The position numbers and the translations under genes were made by a program. A stretch of 64,000 nt of DNA, from assembly GCA_905178155.1 (NCBI GenBank), contig CAJINV010000003.1, positions 11,697,105 through 11,761,104 on the forward strand. Direction: 5' to 3'. Shown in pieces: positions 25,520 to 39,067 of this stretch; positions within the stretch are counted from its first letter, which is position 1; every line of letters starts with the position of its first letter. The notes under the pieces are model-generated. The model did not search any database. It worked only from the letters and a program-made list of their open reading frames with translations, and was not told the DNA's origin. This DNA is from Amoebophrya sp. A120 (taxonomy: Eukaryota > Protista > Dinoflagellata).

Positions 25520-28500
25520 TGCATTGTCATAGCCAGTTGCGTCAAATCATTATTCTCCAACGGCACGGAAGTCTTTTCCGGATCGTTCACTTTCAGGACC
25601 AACCGCAGCACCCCCTCCGCCATGCCCTCCATGTTCGTGAACTTTTGCGCCGCTTCCTTCGACTTCTTCTTCATCGGACTCCCTTTGTCCCCCGTGCCCA
25701 TCATGCTCGCGGTCGGGTGCCACCAGTTCGCCCAGGCCGGTTCCGAAAGGTTGTTTTCCGCGGAGGGCCGGTTTTCGAGCAATTTTCGCAACTGCTCGTC
25801 AATCATCTCGATGTCCGACTTCTCCTCCTTCGCCGTCTTATTGCTCTTCGACTTGTTATTCTCCGGCGAATTGTCGCCCATCAAACTGTTGAACTCGCCA
25901 TTGTGGTCCTTGTCTTCCTTATTCCCGCGACAGCCTTTCGACAAGTCAATGCCCAGCAAGGATTTCGCGATGCCGGTTACCACCTTCTCGCCAACCATGC
26001 CGACTTTCTCTTTCGTCTTTTTCGCGTAGTGCTGCATAGTTTCAAGATATTTGTTGTCCTCCTGCAGAAACGGCTCCAGCTGCTTCAGCGTGGCGTCCAA
26101 TTTTTTGATCAGCACTATCGTAAGGGAAAATATCCTTTCCCCATACCAAAAAGAAAGACTTTTGAAAATTTGTGAGATGCAGATGCTGATTTGCGGCCAC
26201 GTCTCTGTACTGCAAGAAGGCAAAGCCAGAGACTCCGCCGGGCGGCTTTGCAGGCAATTTGTTATGCTGCGTGGCCTCTTGAGGATATTGCGACTGCCTT
26301 GCTAGGCGCCTACACCAAAACGCCCCTAGTCAGGCTTTGTATCTGCCTGCAGTCCTCTACTGCAAGACAATGACAAAGCCTTTTTTTGTAGTACACAAAT
26401 CCAGCATCACAGGTTTCCATTTTGATATGAAAAGGGGGGATTTTCCCTTTAGATAAGCACCTGCGACGGCCGCACCCGTTCGTGCCGCGCCCACTCGTCG
26501 CGGGCTTCCTCCCGCCGATGGAAGAGCTGCTCCAGGAGCTGCAGGTACTGGCGAAAGAAGGGGACTTTCTTCTCCAGAAGTAACCCCGTTTCAATTATGC
26601 ATTGCAAAAATGCCTGGGTCTGGAAAAGTGGAACTTGTGTTGCATGTCTTGCATTCCTGGAAAATCTGTATTGCACAGCTAGCAAGAAAGGCCCTACTTT
26701 TTCGTCCTACAAAAACGCAGTTTGTCATGCGTGCTACGCATCAGACGGCGTCAAGTATACTTGTCATGCTTGGCTGCACTTGAGAGCGCCAGTCTTATCC
26801 AAGCTTTAGCATCACAAATTTCCAGACCCAGACATTTTTGCATTTGATATCAATCTGGTCCAGACTGGCGAAATCCTTCCTGTTTCGCGCCTGCTTGAAG
26901 AAATACCAGGCGGCTTTGGCCCTCAATCGCTGCTCCACATCTAGAATCTCGCGATCGAGAAAGCCGTCCCGGTAATCCGAGCAGCGGTTGCTAAAGTGCT
27001 CCACCAAGGGCAGAGACGTGATCGTGGCGGTTTGGTTGGTTTCAGAAAATTGCAGTTCGCACTCCAGAAACAGCTGGGAATTGCTGAAACTGGAATAAAC
27101 ACTTTGCTGGTTGTACTTCGACGGAGTAGAAATAGAAGTTTTTGCGCCATTTTTGACAGAACCAGAGGTTGCGGCCCCTGCACCACCACCGGAAACATTT
27201 TTCTTCATGATTTTGTTCATCCCCCCAGTCACGGTGCAGATGGTGGATTGCAGCAAGTCCGGCGAGTTGGCGTTTGGAGAGCAGTGCTGTGCACCTTGAT
27301 TTTGTCCACCAGTTGTACTAAGTATCGCCGCGCCTGACCCGAAATACGCCCCACCGGCGTAGTCCTCGACCATAGCCCGCAAATCCGCTCGTTCCTTTAA
27401 CACCACAGCGCAGTCTTCCATCGACTCGTTGTTGTTGAAAATTTGCTGCTCGAAAAAGTGCTTGTCGCTGCACCAGTGGGACACCGCCCAGAACCACTTT
27501 TCCGCCTCGACAGAAAGCTTCAGGTAGTTATCGGAGGCTTGCTTCTGGTACATCGGCCGCTTCTCCACGTCCTCGACGCACGCAGAAGCCTGACGCAACA
27601 GCAAGTAGCAGAGCCGCTCCGCATCCTGCTTCGCCTGCAGAATCTGCTTCGCGTGGTCGCGGACCCGGAGGAAAAGCGTTTCCATGGTCGGCCGCGGTCT
27701 GTAGAGCGCGAGCCCAGGTTTAACATTACTGCTCGTCGGCAAAGAACCTTCTTTCGCTGGTGTGAGAACTTGGTCTCCGACGTTTTGAAGATTGTTGTTC
27801 AACATCTCACCCGAAGCAGGAACAAGAAGACCACTATCACCTGTTCCCTGTTCCGGCGTCAGCGGGGAGTTCGTCTTGACCACCATGGTCGTGGTGGAAT
27901 TGTTGACTTTGCTGAAGAAGTCCATCGACCGCGACTCCTGCGCCTCCGCACGCGCCCACATGTTGTTGTTCCGGTTTTCGATTTCGTCTTCCAAGTCCTT
28001 TTCCTCGTCCGTTAACATCGTGAACGAACTGGTTTTTTTCCGCAGCGCCCTGCCGTACAGCCGCTTCGCCTGTTCCCACGCGCACAGCTCCTCGTACAGT
28101 TCCGCGACCTTGAGAACGATCCGCAGCCGCTCCCCGTAGTGCGGCAAGTTCCAGCACAACCCGCGGCCGTCATCGCCGACAATACTGTCCGCGACCTCCT
28201 TCTTGTTGCCGCCCAACGCGTTCAGCTTTTCCAGGCGCACCAGTAGCACGTGGTACACGTCGTTCCCCCGCCGGAAATTCGCTTCTGCCTGCTCGAACTC
28301 GCCTCGCTCCAGCAGGTCCTGCCCGGTCTTGCAGAACGCCACCTCGTCCGTCCCGGAGAGCAACGCCCCGAAATGGTCCACGTCGATGCACTCGCGCAAA
28401 TCTTCCGGCCCGAAACAGGACCGGAACAAAACCACCGCCTGCGTGATTTGCTCCTCAAAGAAGAACAGCTGCGATTTTGGCCGGGTCACGCACACGTACA

Positions 28501-31500
28501 ACTCCTGCAATTCCTTCTGAAACAGTGCCATCGCGTCCCGTAGATTGTGTTCAAACGACCCGAAGTGCGACCGCTTGTGCGGTACCAGCGGCGACATCGC
28601 GCCCAGCCCTTCGCCCTCGATCTTCGCCCAGCAGTGCTCGGAGGCGAGCGAGTGGGAGAGGTAGTTCCAGATCAGGACGGAATGGAACTCCAGCCCTTTC
28701 GCCTCCAAAACGGTGAGCACGCGGACGCGCTCCTGAAACTCGGACAGGATCCAATTATCCGAGGAGGTGTCTGACGCAGTCGTGTGGTTTTTGGAAAGAG
28801 TCTTCGGCGAGGCAGTGGCTGCAGCAGCTCCAGTACTTGATGTTCCGTTATTTTTCATGCCATTGTTCGTCCCGTGGAGGTCATTGCTGCTGCTATTCAA
28901 GTATGCTTTTTTCATCTTCCCGCCCTCCGCCTGTGTCTCAAACAAACTTTCGCCCACTTTCAGAAACGCCTGCCGCTCCGCTTCGTTTTTCACGATCACC
29001 GCGAAACTGGACACCATGGAACGCTGCCGGGTCTCCTGCAGAAATCTGCTCAAAAATTCCGCCGCCGGACAGCCCGCACAGAACAACGGGCGGTCGCCGC
29101 GCTCGTCAGAAATCTCCCGGGGCAACTTGTCGATCCGCTCGGGCCACAGCTCCCGTAAATGGTCCACGATCTGCGCACCGATGGTCAGGATGCACTGGTG
29201 CGTGCGGTAGTTTTTCGTTAACGGAATCACGTCGGGGATGGACTCGTTTTATCAAAGTGAAAAAAGCCCCCACCCCATATCGGAAACGGAAGATGCGCGA
29301 ATTTGTGATGCTGTATTTGAGTACACAAATCAACGTGTATTGCTAGAAGGCCAAGAGACGAAGCTGCGTTCTAAATTGCAGGTAATCTGTTATGCTGTTT
29401 TCCTCTTCCAGTTGCCTTCTGTCATCCTTTATCTGCAAGGCTTTCCCACGCTAGACAGCACTACAGTCCGCATCTTTTGCCTTCTAGCATCACAAAGCTG
29501 ATTTGTGACCACAAATCTGCATCACAGATTTCCAGTTTGATATGGGGAGGGGGCATTTTTCATTGTAGTACGTTTTTCACCGCGAACATGTTATCCGAGT
29601 CGAAGTTCTCGTACCAACAATTCTTCAAGGCGGCGAAGCGGAAGACCCTCCCGGGGGCGATGCACTGCGCCGTGTCGGCGGCCAAGGTGTAGCGCTCCCG
29701 CTCCTTGCAAACGATGCGGAACAGGAGAAGTTGGGAGAGCAGTAAATCCTGCGCCTCGTCCACCAAGACCGCGGTGATTTGTCGCTTCTGCTTCCCGAAA
29801 CAAAACGGCTCCTCCATCATTTCGACCGAGAGCGGGTCAAAATTCTTCTTCGCCCGCATCCGCTGCAGCGCGGAAAGGTTGCTGGCGCCACTGCCGTTGT
29901 TCTTCACGCGAGAGAACAAAAACCGGCGCCAAATGTGCTCGCACACGTCCGCGGAGTCCCACTCGCCACGGTCGGCGAGCATCCGGTTGTAGTGCTGGAA
30001 TTGCTTGTAGATCTGCGCCCGGTCCTCCTCGCTCAAGGACTGTTCGGACTCCTTCGGCGGTTTCTTCAAATAGTCCTCCTCCGTGATACTGCAGGTCGCC
30101 CGCTTCTTGATCTCCTTCAGCGAGGGTAACAGAAGTTCCCGCTGCGATTTCAGCGCCGCCTGCCCCTTCAGCATCATGATCTCCGTGAACAGTGTGTAGG
30201 CTTCCCCCGGGCGGCCCTCCCCGCGCCCCCCGGACAGTTTCGGAAAGTAGTGCTCCCAAAAGTAGGGGAAGGTGACTTCATTCGCGAGCGCCTTGTCAGC
30301 CTCGAAGAATTGGCAGCCATCGTCCATAGCCGTGTCAATCATCGCCAGGTAGTGCGCGTAGGTTCCGACGAAAATCTGCGGACCATCGGGGATCTGGAAC
30401 AGCTTGGAACTGGCACTCGCATTTTTGTCATTCACGTTCACTGTGGTGAGGGTGGCACAGCCACTGGCAATGTTTGCCGCTGCGGCCGAGTTTGCGTTTG
30501 TAATATGCGATGTATTTGTGCCGTGTGAAGAACCGGTGGCGTTCGTAGTTCCGTTTTGATGTTGTCCACCTCCTGTAGATGCTGCTCCTGCGTGTTGTTC
30601 CAAAGGACCACTGCACTTGCCGTCCAGAGATGCTAAACTTCCACCTGCGCTCTTTTCCAACCACGATGGGTGTCCGATGTCCTCCATGCCAAGGTCGTCG
30701 CCGTCCTTCCGTTGCGGGAAGATGACCTTCATGTGCTCCCGCACGTGCTGCTGAATGACGACCGCGAGCTTCGGGGATTGCGTGCAAACAAACACGAACG
30801 GCGCCGCCGGGAGTTCCACCATGGAGCCGCCCTGTTTGCGCAACTCCTGCAATCTTTCTTCTTCCGCGAGAAATTCCAGGATGTAATTGACGGCACGGTG
30901 TTCCAGTACGGTCGTTTTCCCTGTCCCGCTCCGGCCCTGGATGAAGACCGGCCCCCCCTTCTCGTCCCGCGCCTTGACCTGCCGATCGTCCCAACTCGGC
31001 AATGCTCCCTGCAAGATCGCCCGGATCTCCGTCGCGGAGCCGTGTTTCTCGCCCTGCTTCAGCTCCTCGGCCAGCCGCGCGTTCTCCGCCGCGCGGCGCT
31101 TGTTCTCGCGATCTTCCTTGGACCGGGCAGCGGCCTCCTGGGAGTGCTTCTCTCCCTGTTCCTTCATTTTCTTCAAGTGCTGCGACTCCTCCCTTCTGCT
31201 CGCCAACCGGTTCTTCATCCGCTCCAACGCGGTGGTGCCCTTCGGCTTGCCGCTGATCGAGGTGGCGCCCGTGGAGGTGGTTACGGGATTGGATGAACTG
31301 TCTTTATTTCCTTTCGTTGCACTTGTAGTTGCACCAGAATTCTTCGACGCTGCATCAGTCCCGCCCTCCCGCGCCAGCGGCGAGGAGCCTTGCTCCTCCA
31401 AAATCGCGGCCTGGCTAGCGAGTTTGGATTTCAACAGCAACTGTTTCGCCTTATCTTTGATAACTACCGGAGGTGCTGGGTTAGGCGTCTTCACTGGAGG

Positions 31501-33882
31501 AATACTACTGCTGTCTTGCTGGTAGTTCGCTTTTTGGTCATCAAGAACCTGATTTTTTTCACCAACGATCTCGAGCTTCGGCAGTCCTAAACTAGGACCT
31601 GTACATCCCGCAGTGATCGCGGAACTTGTGTTGGAAGGTGTGAAAAGAACGCCAGCATTTTTATCGTCCGTCTGCAGTTCGGAAGCAGCTGCTGTCGCGC
31701 AACTACTCCCTGCAGTAGACGAACCTCCGCCGCCGATCTGTGCCTGCACCACCTTCGAGGCTTTCAAGCGTTCCATCATCCGCGCTTTGGCACTCCCCGC
31801 GGCCGCGGTGCGGTTCAGCCCAAGACTGGTTTTCGCGGCTTTTTCTTTCACCACGGGAACCCCCGCAGATGAACTTTGCTCCAATAACTCCGCGGGTTTA
31901 ATATGGTGCTTCGTCTCAAACAGCGTCTCCGGTTGTTCAGGATTTGCATTTATTTTTGTCGTACTTGCGCTAGGGGTTGTAATGTTTTCACCAGCAGGTT
32001 GCCTTTGCGCTTTCAATTCTTGATTTCCATCTCCTTCTACTTCTTCTTTCGCTACCTTGCTGTTATTGCACTCCTCGAGACCTTGTTTCATCTGCTCCAG
32101 AACTCCTACCGGCTGGCCCGCCGTGCAAACCACGGCACTTAACCCGGGAACTTTTTCCGGAGTCGCGATCGGTTGTTCAACATCTTCCGGAATGTCACCC
32201 CGTTGTTCAGAAACTGGAACTGCAGCTTTTGCTTTTGCACCATCGACGTCAAAATCTTTATCAACCACGGACGCCGGGCTCGTTTTCATCGTTTCCGCCT
32301 TCTCATTCAGAGCATGAGCAACATGTGCATCCTGATATTCTTCTCCTTCCGGCCGATCGACGTTATCATGACCAGAAACACTACATTCGGGCGATGTTGA
32401 AGAAATAGCGACCGCTTCTTTCGGTTTCGAAGCGTAGTCATCTTCTTGGTCTGAACTACCCGAAGCCACGTCATCGTCTTTCTCCGACTGCTCCTCCGCC
32501 ACGGAATAATCATTGTCCGAAGAGGACTCGGGCTCAGAGACCGACTTCGAAGAGGACGCGGGTGAAGCAGGAGAGTCTGCCTTATCACTCACATTGCCAG
32601 TTGTACACACGACGGGGTGATGTTGCGAGACCACTTCCGCTTGCTTTTCAACAGGAGGAATAGGAATTTCAACATTTTCCTCATGATCAGTCTCGTTCTC
32701 GTTGTGGTCAGCCCCGGACAAATAAATCCCACGAGTGTCCTCCTCCTTGTCTGTGGTCGCGCCGTCGCGGCCAACGCTGCTGCTGCCGCCTACCTCTTGG
32801 TCCGAGACTAGCTCCGCGTCCTCGTCCTTGATGTCGCTCTCCTGGATATTTCTGTCATCTGCGGGGTCAACATCAATCTGTGTGGGGTCACAATCACTGT
32901 CCTCTTCATCAGAACGGATGCTTTTCTCTTCATTGTCATCCTCGTCCACAGCCGAGGATTTGTCTTGATCAGAGGTGTGGTCGTGCAGTCGTTGCTTTTG
33001 TTCTTCTTCCTGCTGTGCGCCTGCGCCGCTTAGATGAAGAAGAGCGCCGTCGTCGTCTACAACATCAGAGGTATTTTCGCCGCCGACATCATGATGTTCC
33101 TCTTGGTCTTGGTCTTGAAGATCGATTTTGCTTAGATGCCGTGCGTCGGTTCCTTCACCTTGCGGACCAAGTTGGACATTTCCATGCCGCGCTACCTCTA
33201 CCTCGTCCGTGTCTGGGGAAGTTCCCGGTTCCGCCTGTCGACTGTGGATGGGGTCCTCGGAAAACGTGCTGCCCACGTCGCTGTCACTATCCGTTTTATT
33301 TTCCTTGTTTTCGATCTCACTCGTAGTTTGTTCCCCGACCGCGCCGGTGGTCGTCCGCTGCGGCGGGGAGAAAGCAGGGTAGACCGTGTCCGTTTCCGCC
33401 TGGTCGATGTTGGTGATCTTTTCTTGTTGATCAACAGACCCATTTTGGAGTTTTTCCTCGGCAATGTCGTCAGCAGTGTCTTTGACCTGGGATTGCGGAT
33501 GGGTAGATAGAATGTCTACGACCGTTGTAACGGGACCGCGACCAGTACCTGCAGCACTCTGTAGTTGCTCTTGTTCATCACGGCCGCCGGCACATTTTTC
33601 AATATCCGATGACTTTTCATTTTCAACAGTGCTGTCGACGCGCACTTGATTGTGCTCGGCAGTTTGTTCCACGCTTTGGCCCGGCGCAACCTGGTCTGTT
33701 CGTTTATTCTTGTTCTCGACTTGTTCATGGTGCAGCAGGTCCTTTTGCAGCAACAGGACCGTATCCAACTTGCCCTCTAACCGCGCGATCTCGGAAGTGA
33801 AGCAACCCTTCAGACCTTGCACCTCCGCCTGCAACAAGTCACCGAAGCGGTGGATCAGACGCCTTTCGACCTGGTCGTCCAT
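25520..33882 (-). CDS. Large UvrD/SF1A-like helicase, TRANK1-like, with a long acidic disordered N-terminus; 3' end uncertain
   Basis: GRSGTGKTT (motif I), VDEAQD (II), ADTAQCI (III), LTKNYRTHQ (IV), TVLEAKGLEF (V), LYVCVTRPK (VI). Exons join in frame across 29250-29570, 26596-26849 and 26116-26455. Confidence 0.88.
26116..26455. mobile_element. Family B introner (DR agcac), inverted relative to 19984-20299
   Basis: tatcgtaagggaaaatatcc ... ggggggattttccctttagata. Perfect DR. Join SQVL-IKKLD. Confidence 0.88.
26596..26849. mobile_element. Family A introner (DR tcaat)
   Basis: TIR pair with perfect DR. Join DQI-ETGLL. Confidence 0.92.
29250..29570. mobile_element. Family B introner (DR cgttt)
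   Basis: Close copy of 19984-20299. Perfect DR. Join VKN-ESIPDVIPLTKNYR connects helicase motifs III and IV. Confidence 0.92.
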
Positions 33883-34919
33883 GATTGTTCTCCTACTGTT
33901 TGTACGCAGGAAGGATGGTGTTAGGTTTCGAATTAGCTGGTACCGATGATCAGTGATTCCGACTTCTGCGCAAACGCAAAACGCAACCTCTTGGCTTCCT
34001 CGCCCTCACGGGAGTGAGAGGTACAGATGTGCCGGGCGGTGGATCGAAAAATCAAGAAAACGCGATACCGAGTGGAGCCGTCAGCTTTGGGCAAAGAACT
34101 GCGAAGTAGCAGTGCCTGGGATGAAAACCAGCAAGCTTGTAAGTGGAGCTAAAGCTAGAGTCTAGCAAAGGGAGCAAGCAGCTGCCATTTCTAAAAATTT
34201 GCTATTGCTACGATCTGGATGTGGTATGCCGTCAGCAACACAAACTGGAAAGACTGAGACGCGATACTGGTCACAAACCTGTGCTCGCTGTGCAAGAGCG
34301 TGCAATAAATTACGAATCACGACACAACCGAACCTTCGCAAACAGGATCTGTTAAATGAAGCAGCGCCCTCGCCTTCAACCCAGCACGGCAGCCCGCGGA
34401 CTGCAACTGCTTGGCGCCCGGCAAAAGCCCGCCGCTGAGCGGAGGAACCGCTCCTGTTCCCTTAGGCGCGCCGCCGGTTAGTACCGCCACACTACCCAAG
34501 GCCATGGCTTGGGGGCCGCGGGCACATCGGGCACCCGCGCCAGCGTCGGGCTAACCTTGCGAGGAGCAGCCCGAAGACAAGAAGCGACCTGCCGCGAGAT
34601 CACAACGCTTAACCTGATGATCACTTACATCTTTATTTTGATTTTGACCACGATGTCGTCCGAATGAGCGCGAACACCTTCTCCTTGAGTAGTCAAATAA
34701 AACCCTGCGGTCCAAGATACAGGTATAATTCCAAACTGAGAAATTGTGTCGCTTTCAACATTTTCAAATATCAACACTTCTTGTCGCGTAGTTGGTACAG
34801 TTTCCCTATCAGGCAGTTCACCTTCAAGAACATCAACAACCAGAGTCGCTTCAACACAAAGGGCATGGACTACTTTGCTACTTCTTCGCCAGCCACCATC
34901 TCATCTTTCATTCTTCCAC

Positions 34920-35420
34920 TCACTGCATCGCTCCTCCCGGTGGAGCTCCACCGAGCGGCATTTGGTTTGGCGATCCCATTGGAGGTTGATATTGCCCGTA
35001 TGGACCTCCGCCCTTGTCGCCTCCGCCGTAGCCGTAGTTCTGCCCGCCCTTTTTCCCGTGGTGCCCCTTGTTCAACTCCCTTCTTCCCGGCATCTTGAAT
35101 TTCACTTCCATAGCGCCCTCTGCGCCGGGCAGCGCGCGGCCGTTGCACTGCGCGATGGACTCCCGCGCCATTTGCACGGTGACGAAGTTCACAATCCCCG
35201 CTGGCCTCTGGTTTTCGCCCTGCGGTGGTATTACGTGCGAATTCGTTACCATGCCGAACTGCTGGAAGTAGGCACGCAGGTCGTCCTTGCTCCACTGCGG
35301 CGGGAAACCAATCACGTAGATGGACTCGCACTCGTTCGACCCGGGCCTCCGGTCGTCCTTCCCGCCGTCCTTCCCGCCATCCGGGACGCCGTTCATGCCC
35401 AATGGGGCGACACCACCCAT
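34920..35420 (-). CDS. RRM-domain RNA-binding protein or exon, Gly/Pro-rich
   Basis: RNP2-like SIYVIGFP, WSKDDLRAYFQQFG, RNP1-like PAGIVNF, NGRAL...VKF. Confidence 0.82.
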   Translation of the reverse strand: MGGVAPLGMNGVPDGGKDGGKDDRRPGSNECESIYVIGFPPQWSKDDLRAYFQQFGMVTNSHVIPPQGENQRPAGIVNFVTVQMARESIAQCNGRALPGAEGAMEVKFKMPGRRELNKGHHGKKGGQNYGYGGGDKGGGPYGQYQPPMGSPNQMPLGGAPPGGAMQ

Positions 35421-35610
35421 ACCCTTGCCGCCGCCCCTGTTTTAATGTGGTGGTAAGTGTGAAGATCTTTGTAGAAGCTAATCGTCGTGTGTGGTACTAC
35501 GTAAGTACCTGCTGTGTGAACAACATGATCCAGAACGATATCTAAGACTGAGTTAGTACCTACCAGTACAACTGCAAATCAAAACAAATCCCCAATACTA
35601 GTGGGGTAGT

Positions 35611-36045
35611 CTAATACCACTGGTCGTCTCCTCCGTGGTAGCCTCCTCCTTTATCGTACCCCCCGCCGTAGGGCCCGGAATCGTACCCCTTCTTCCCGTA
35701 GCCTTTCCCGGCGCCGTACCCGCCTCCGTACCCTCCGTAGCCGCCGCCTTTCCCGGCTTTGCCTTGGCCGAGGTACCCGCTGGGTCCCGCGACCGACCCC
35801 AAGGTGGTCCGCTGTCGGTTCTCAAAGCGCATGCGGATCTGCGACCGAACGTATTCCCGAAACGACCGTTCGTTCAGGTCGTAATTGAAAAAATCCGCGA
35901 GGCGGTCGGCGCGCCAGGGCTTCTCGTCGTGGAGATCTATCTCCAGCAAGACGGACTCCAGACACCGCTTGGCTTCGTCGCTGTCGAGGTCTGAGGTGTG
36001 GTGGATTTTTGCGGCTCGTTTTATTGGTATTGCGAAGCCCCACAC
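35611..36045 (-). CDS. FIP1: Fip1-motif protein exon (pre-mRNA 3'-end processing factor)
   Basis: EIDLHDEKPWRADRLADFFNYDLNERSFREY matches the Fip1 motif (D..EKPWR...DYFNYGFNE.W..Y), followed by a GY-rich tail. Upstream exon(s) likely near 36330-36430. Confidence 0.8.
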   Translation of the reverse strand: MWGFAIPIKRAAKIHHTSDLDSDEAKRCLESVLLEIDLHDEKPWRADRLADFFNYDLNERSFREYVRSQIRMRFENRQRTTLGSVAGPSGYLGQGKAGKGGGYGGYGGGYGAGKGYGKKGYDSGPYGGGYDKGGGYHGGDDQWY

Positions 36046-37007
36046 AGTGATAGTACAGCACTTACTCCCTTTCGTTTCGTATCACGACGTATACGACAGT
36101 AGATACCAAACAGACAAACATAAATCATGGCCTGTCAAGTTTGAATCATCCCAAATTGAAATCACAAGGAGCACAACAGAAATCAGTAAGTACTTGTCAA
36201 CGTCCCGCTGTTTATGTCGTCCAGCTGCTGCGTTTCAGTTTGGTGATAGGCCCTCTGCAGGTAAAACTGCAGTGAACCGGGCCAGGGGCCGGAGCCATCG
36301 CTCCCCGCGTCGGTGTGCTCACAGAGCTTGAAGTTGACGTCAATCGTCCTCTCGTCGTTCATACTCATGGTGGGCTGAGGAATTCTGCGGATCGGGGCGA
36401 GGGGAGGTCGCTTTTGGGGGATGACGCAGCACAAAGGGTCAAGCAGTTGTGGTAGTTAATCAGAAAAAATCTGTACGTCGGCGGTAAACATTACATGATG
36501 TCCGGGGTACGGAGCAGAACTTTTCGCCTTCTTGTCTTCTACGACCGAAGGCTAGTAAGTACTCTTTTACTCCATCAGAAAATCTTCGGAATCAATGAAG
36601 TTGCTGGTTGTGTCGCTGTGAAAAAAGTCGTGAAAAATTTTCCATGAAAAACAATTCTAGTTCTTTTCGTGGGGATCTAATCGAAAAAAGAAGTTACTTT
36701 TTTTTCACAGCAGGGGATCGCGCTTTGAGCAGATCGGAAAAACTGAATCACGTACGGATCGGCCTTGTTTCTTTCAAGTTGCAAAATCTTCAAAACATGC
36801 ATCCAAAGATCCCTTTCGCTTCGCACTGCAGATACTAAATACCATCTCATCAGAGGAGCCGTAGTAGAATGGAGTGCTTTCGCTTTGCGAACACCAAGGC
36901 AAAATGAATTCTCGTCGCGCCGTCAAATTTGATAGGCGCTTTGTTTGATTGAACAAATACAGAATTAGCTGATAAAATATGTATGCACCATACAAACCCC
37001 CTGTCCC

Positions 37008-39067
37008 TCACAACAGCGTCAATTTTGGTTTGTCCAACCCCATTCTCTGCTGCTTTAATTTCTCTTGTAAGACCGGGTCGGCTTCCTCTGCTTGTCGTTG
37101 CTGGTAGAATTCCAGTAAACTCCGCCGCATATGCCGGTCGTCGTCCTTCTGCTTTTTGTCAAAAATCTGCCCGATCGCGAAGCTGATAAACGCTAGCACG
37201 TGGAGCATCACCGTCGAGTTGGCGATCGGCGAGACGGAGGAGGAAAAAGCGCTGTTGTTCCGGACCCGCTGGATGATTTCGCAGTGCTGTTTCAGCAGCT
37301 GCGTGCGCCCGTACACGGACTTCTTGTAGAAGTCAAGCTCAGAAAGAAACCTGGAGAGATGAAGTAGACGGCATTGCTTGGCATACTGGATCTGCATGCC
37401 GAAACATAGCAAGACCAAGAATCTAAACGTAAAATAATGACAGCCCAAATAATCGTTATCGTTTTACAAAAAACAAGTACTTCCGCCTCAGATGCATCAG
37501 CAGCACTTCCGGCTCGACGGAGATGAGCAATTGCTCCACCGCGAAAACAATCCCTTCAAAGGCAATATCCACCTTCCCGAGCGTCTCATTGCTGTTGAAG
37601 TCGTCTTCTTGGATTTTCTTCACAATCCTCTGCTCCACCACTCGGACCCACTCGGGTACCACGGGCTGGATCAGTTTCGCCTCCGAAGATTTCTTCGCAA
37701 AGGAGGCCTGCAGCATCCACAGTGCCTGCTTCAAGTCGCCTTTCACGTGACTAGTAATGTGCTGGTAAAGCTCGTCGAGAATCGTCGGGTTGTAATTTAG
37801 GTCAACCAGGTTCGCGAGCCGCTCGCCTGGAGTGGTCGGATAACTAGATAGCGACGGTGGATTTACATACAGATGAAAATGCACATACCGCTACTAAACC
37901 CTCCCGTTGTGGCAAAATTATCGTGTTCTTGGCGTCGGAATCTATCATTGCAGCAAAAAATAAAAATCGTACGAAATCGATGACAAAAAATACTCAAAAA
38001 TAAATACGTTCCACCACCCTGGCCAGTATTCTGCAGATTGTTTGGTCGTCCGGGCTGCATATCCTGACGCGCGTGCACCTGCCCTGAATCGGGTCAATTA
38101 GCTGTTGTGCGTCCTGGCAGACCAGAAAAACCTTCCGGTATTTCGAAACGATTTCCATCGTCCGGCGCAGCGCGGACTGCGCCTCCATGGAGAGCAAGCT
38201 TGCGTTGTAGATGACAAACACCCGGATGAGGGGTGGCGGGGTTTTGTTTTTGCCGCGCGTGTTCGTCGGCTCGTGGCGGTCGATAGTACTTCCCGCGGGT
38301 ATATCTTTTCCTGCGTTTTTTATGTCTGCTACATTTGATGCGTCACCCCCTACCTGCTGTGGCTGAAAAAACCCGCCTTGCCCGAGCAGCGGTTTTTTCT
38401 TGTTCATGAAGTTATTTGCACCGCCTCCGTTGTTGTCTTTTGTCTTGCTCCCGCCCTTCGCAGTCGCCTCGGCCGCCTCCACACCCTGGAGCAATAGGGA
38501 GCACAAAACTTTCGAGTCTTTCGACCCGGATAAAGACACGTCCAGTTCTGTGTGCACCGGCGACTCGATGTATTTGACGTCCACGTTGTTCACCTTCGCG
38601 TGCACCACTTTGGATTCGTTGATCGCAATTTTCCCGAACATCCTCCTCAACAAGCACAATATCCTGGTCTTCTTCCCGGACCCGGCCGGGCCGACGAACA
38701 ACATGTGCGGGAAGTTGCTGTCATCGAGGACTTTCTCCGTGTAGGTGACCTGTTCGATGCCGTAGTCTAGCTCTTCAATCGTTTCTGGTTGGTACTTGTC
38801 CCCGTAAAACCCGAAACGGTTCTTCAACAGCGCCCACTTTTTCTCCACCACCTCGTGCTTCGGAATTTCGAACAGCTTCTGCTCGGCGAGCTCGTGCAAC
38901 AAATCCGTTTCCGTTGGGTTATGCGGATCATGATCTGGGTCGTTTGCTACGATTTCCATATCGACGTCGTTCTCATTGCTGCGATCCGGCTGTGCCGTGG
39001 GAGGTCGCTGTTGGGCGGAATTCACAAGTTTTGCAGCCGCGGGCGCACGGCCTTCGTTGCCATCCAT
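37008..39067 (-). CDS. RFC3: Replication factor C small subunit (human RFC3 / yeast Rfc5 type), three exons
   Basis: DKYQPE, FPHMLFVGPAGSGKKTRI, SPVHTEL, LSMEAQSALRRTME, IDPIQGRC, GDLKQAL. The last intron has GT/AG-type ends (about 37480 to 37352). Confidence 0.88.

Noticed and set aside
34420-34590. SRP RNA
   Set aside because: Only fragmentary resemblance (cctaagg, gagca), with no convincing helix 8 or Alu domain
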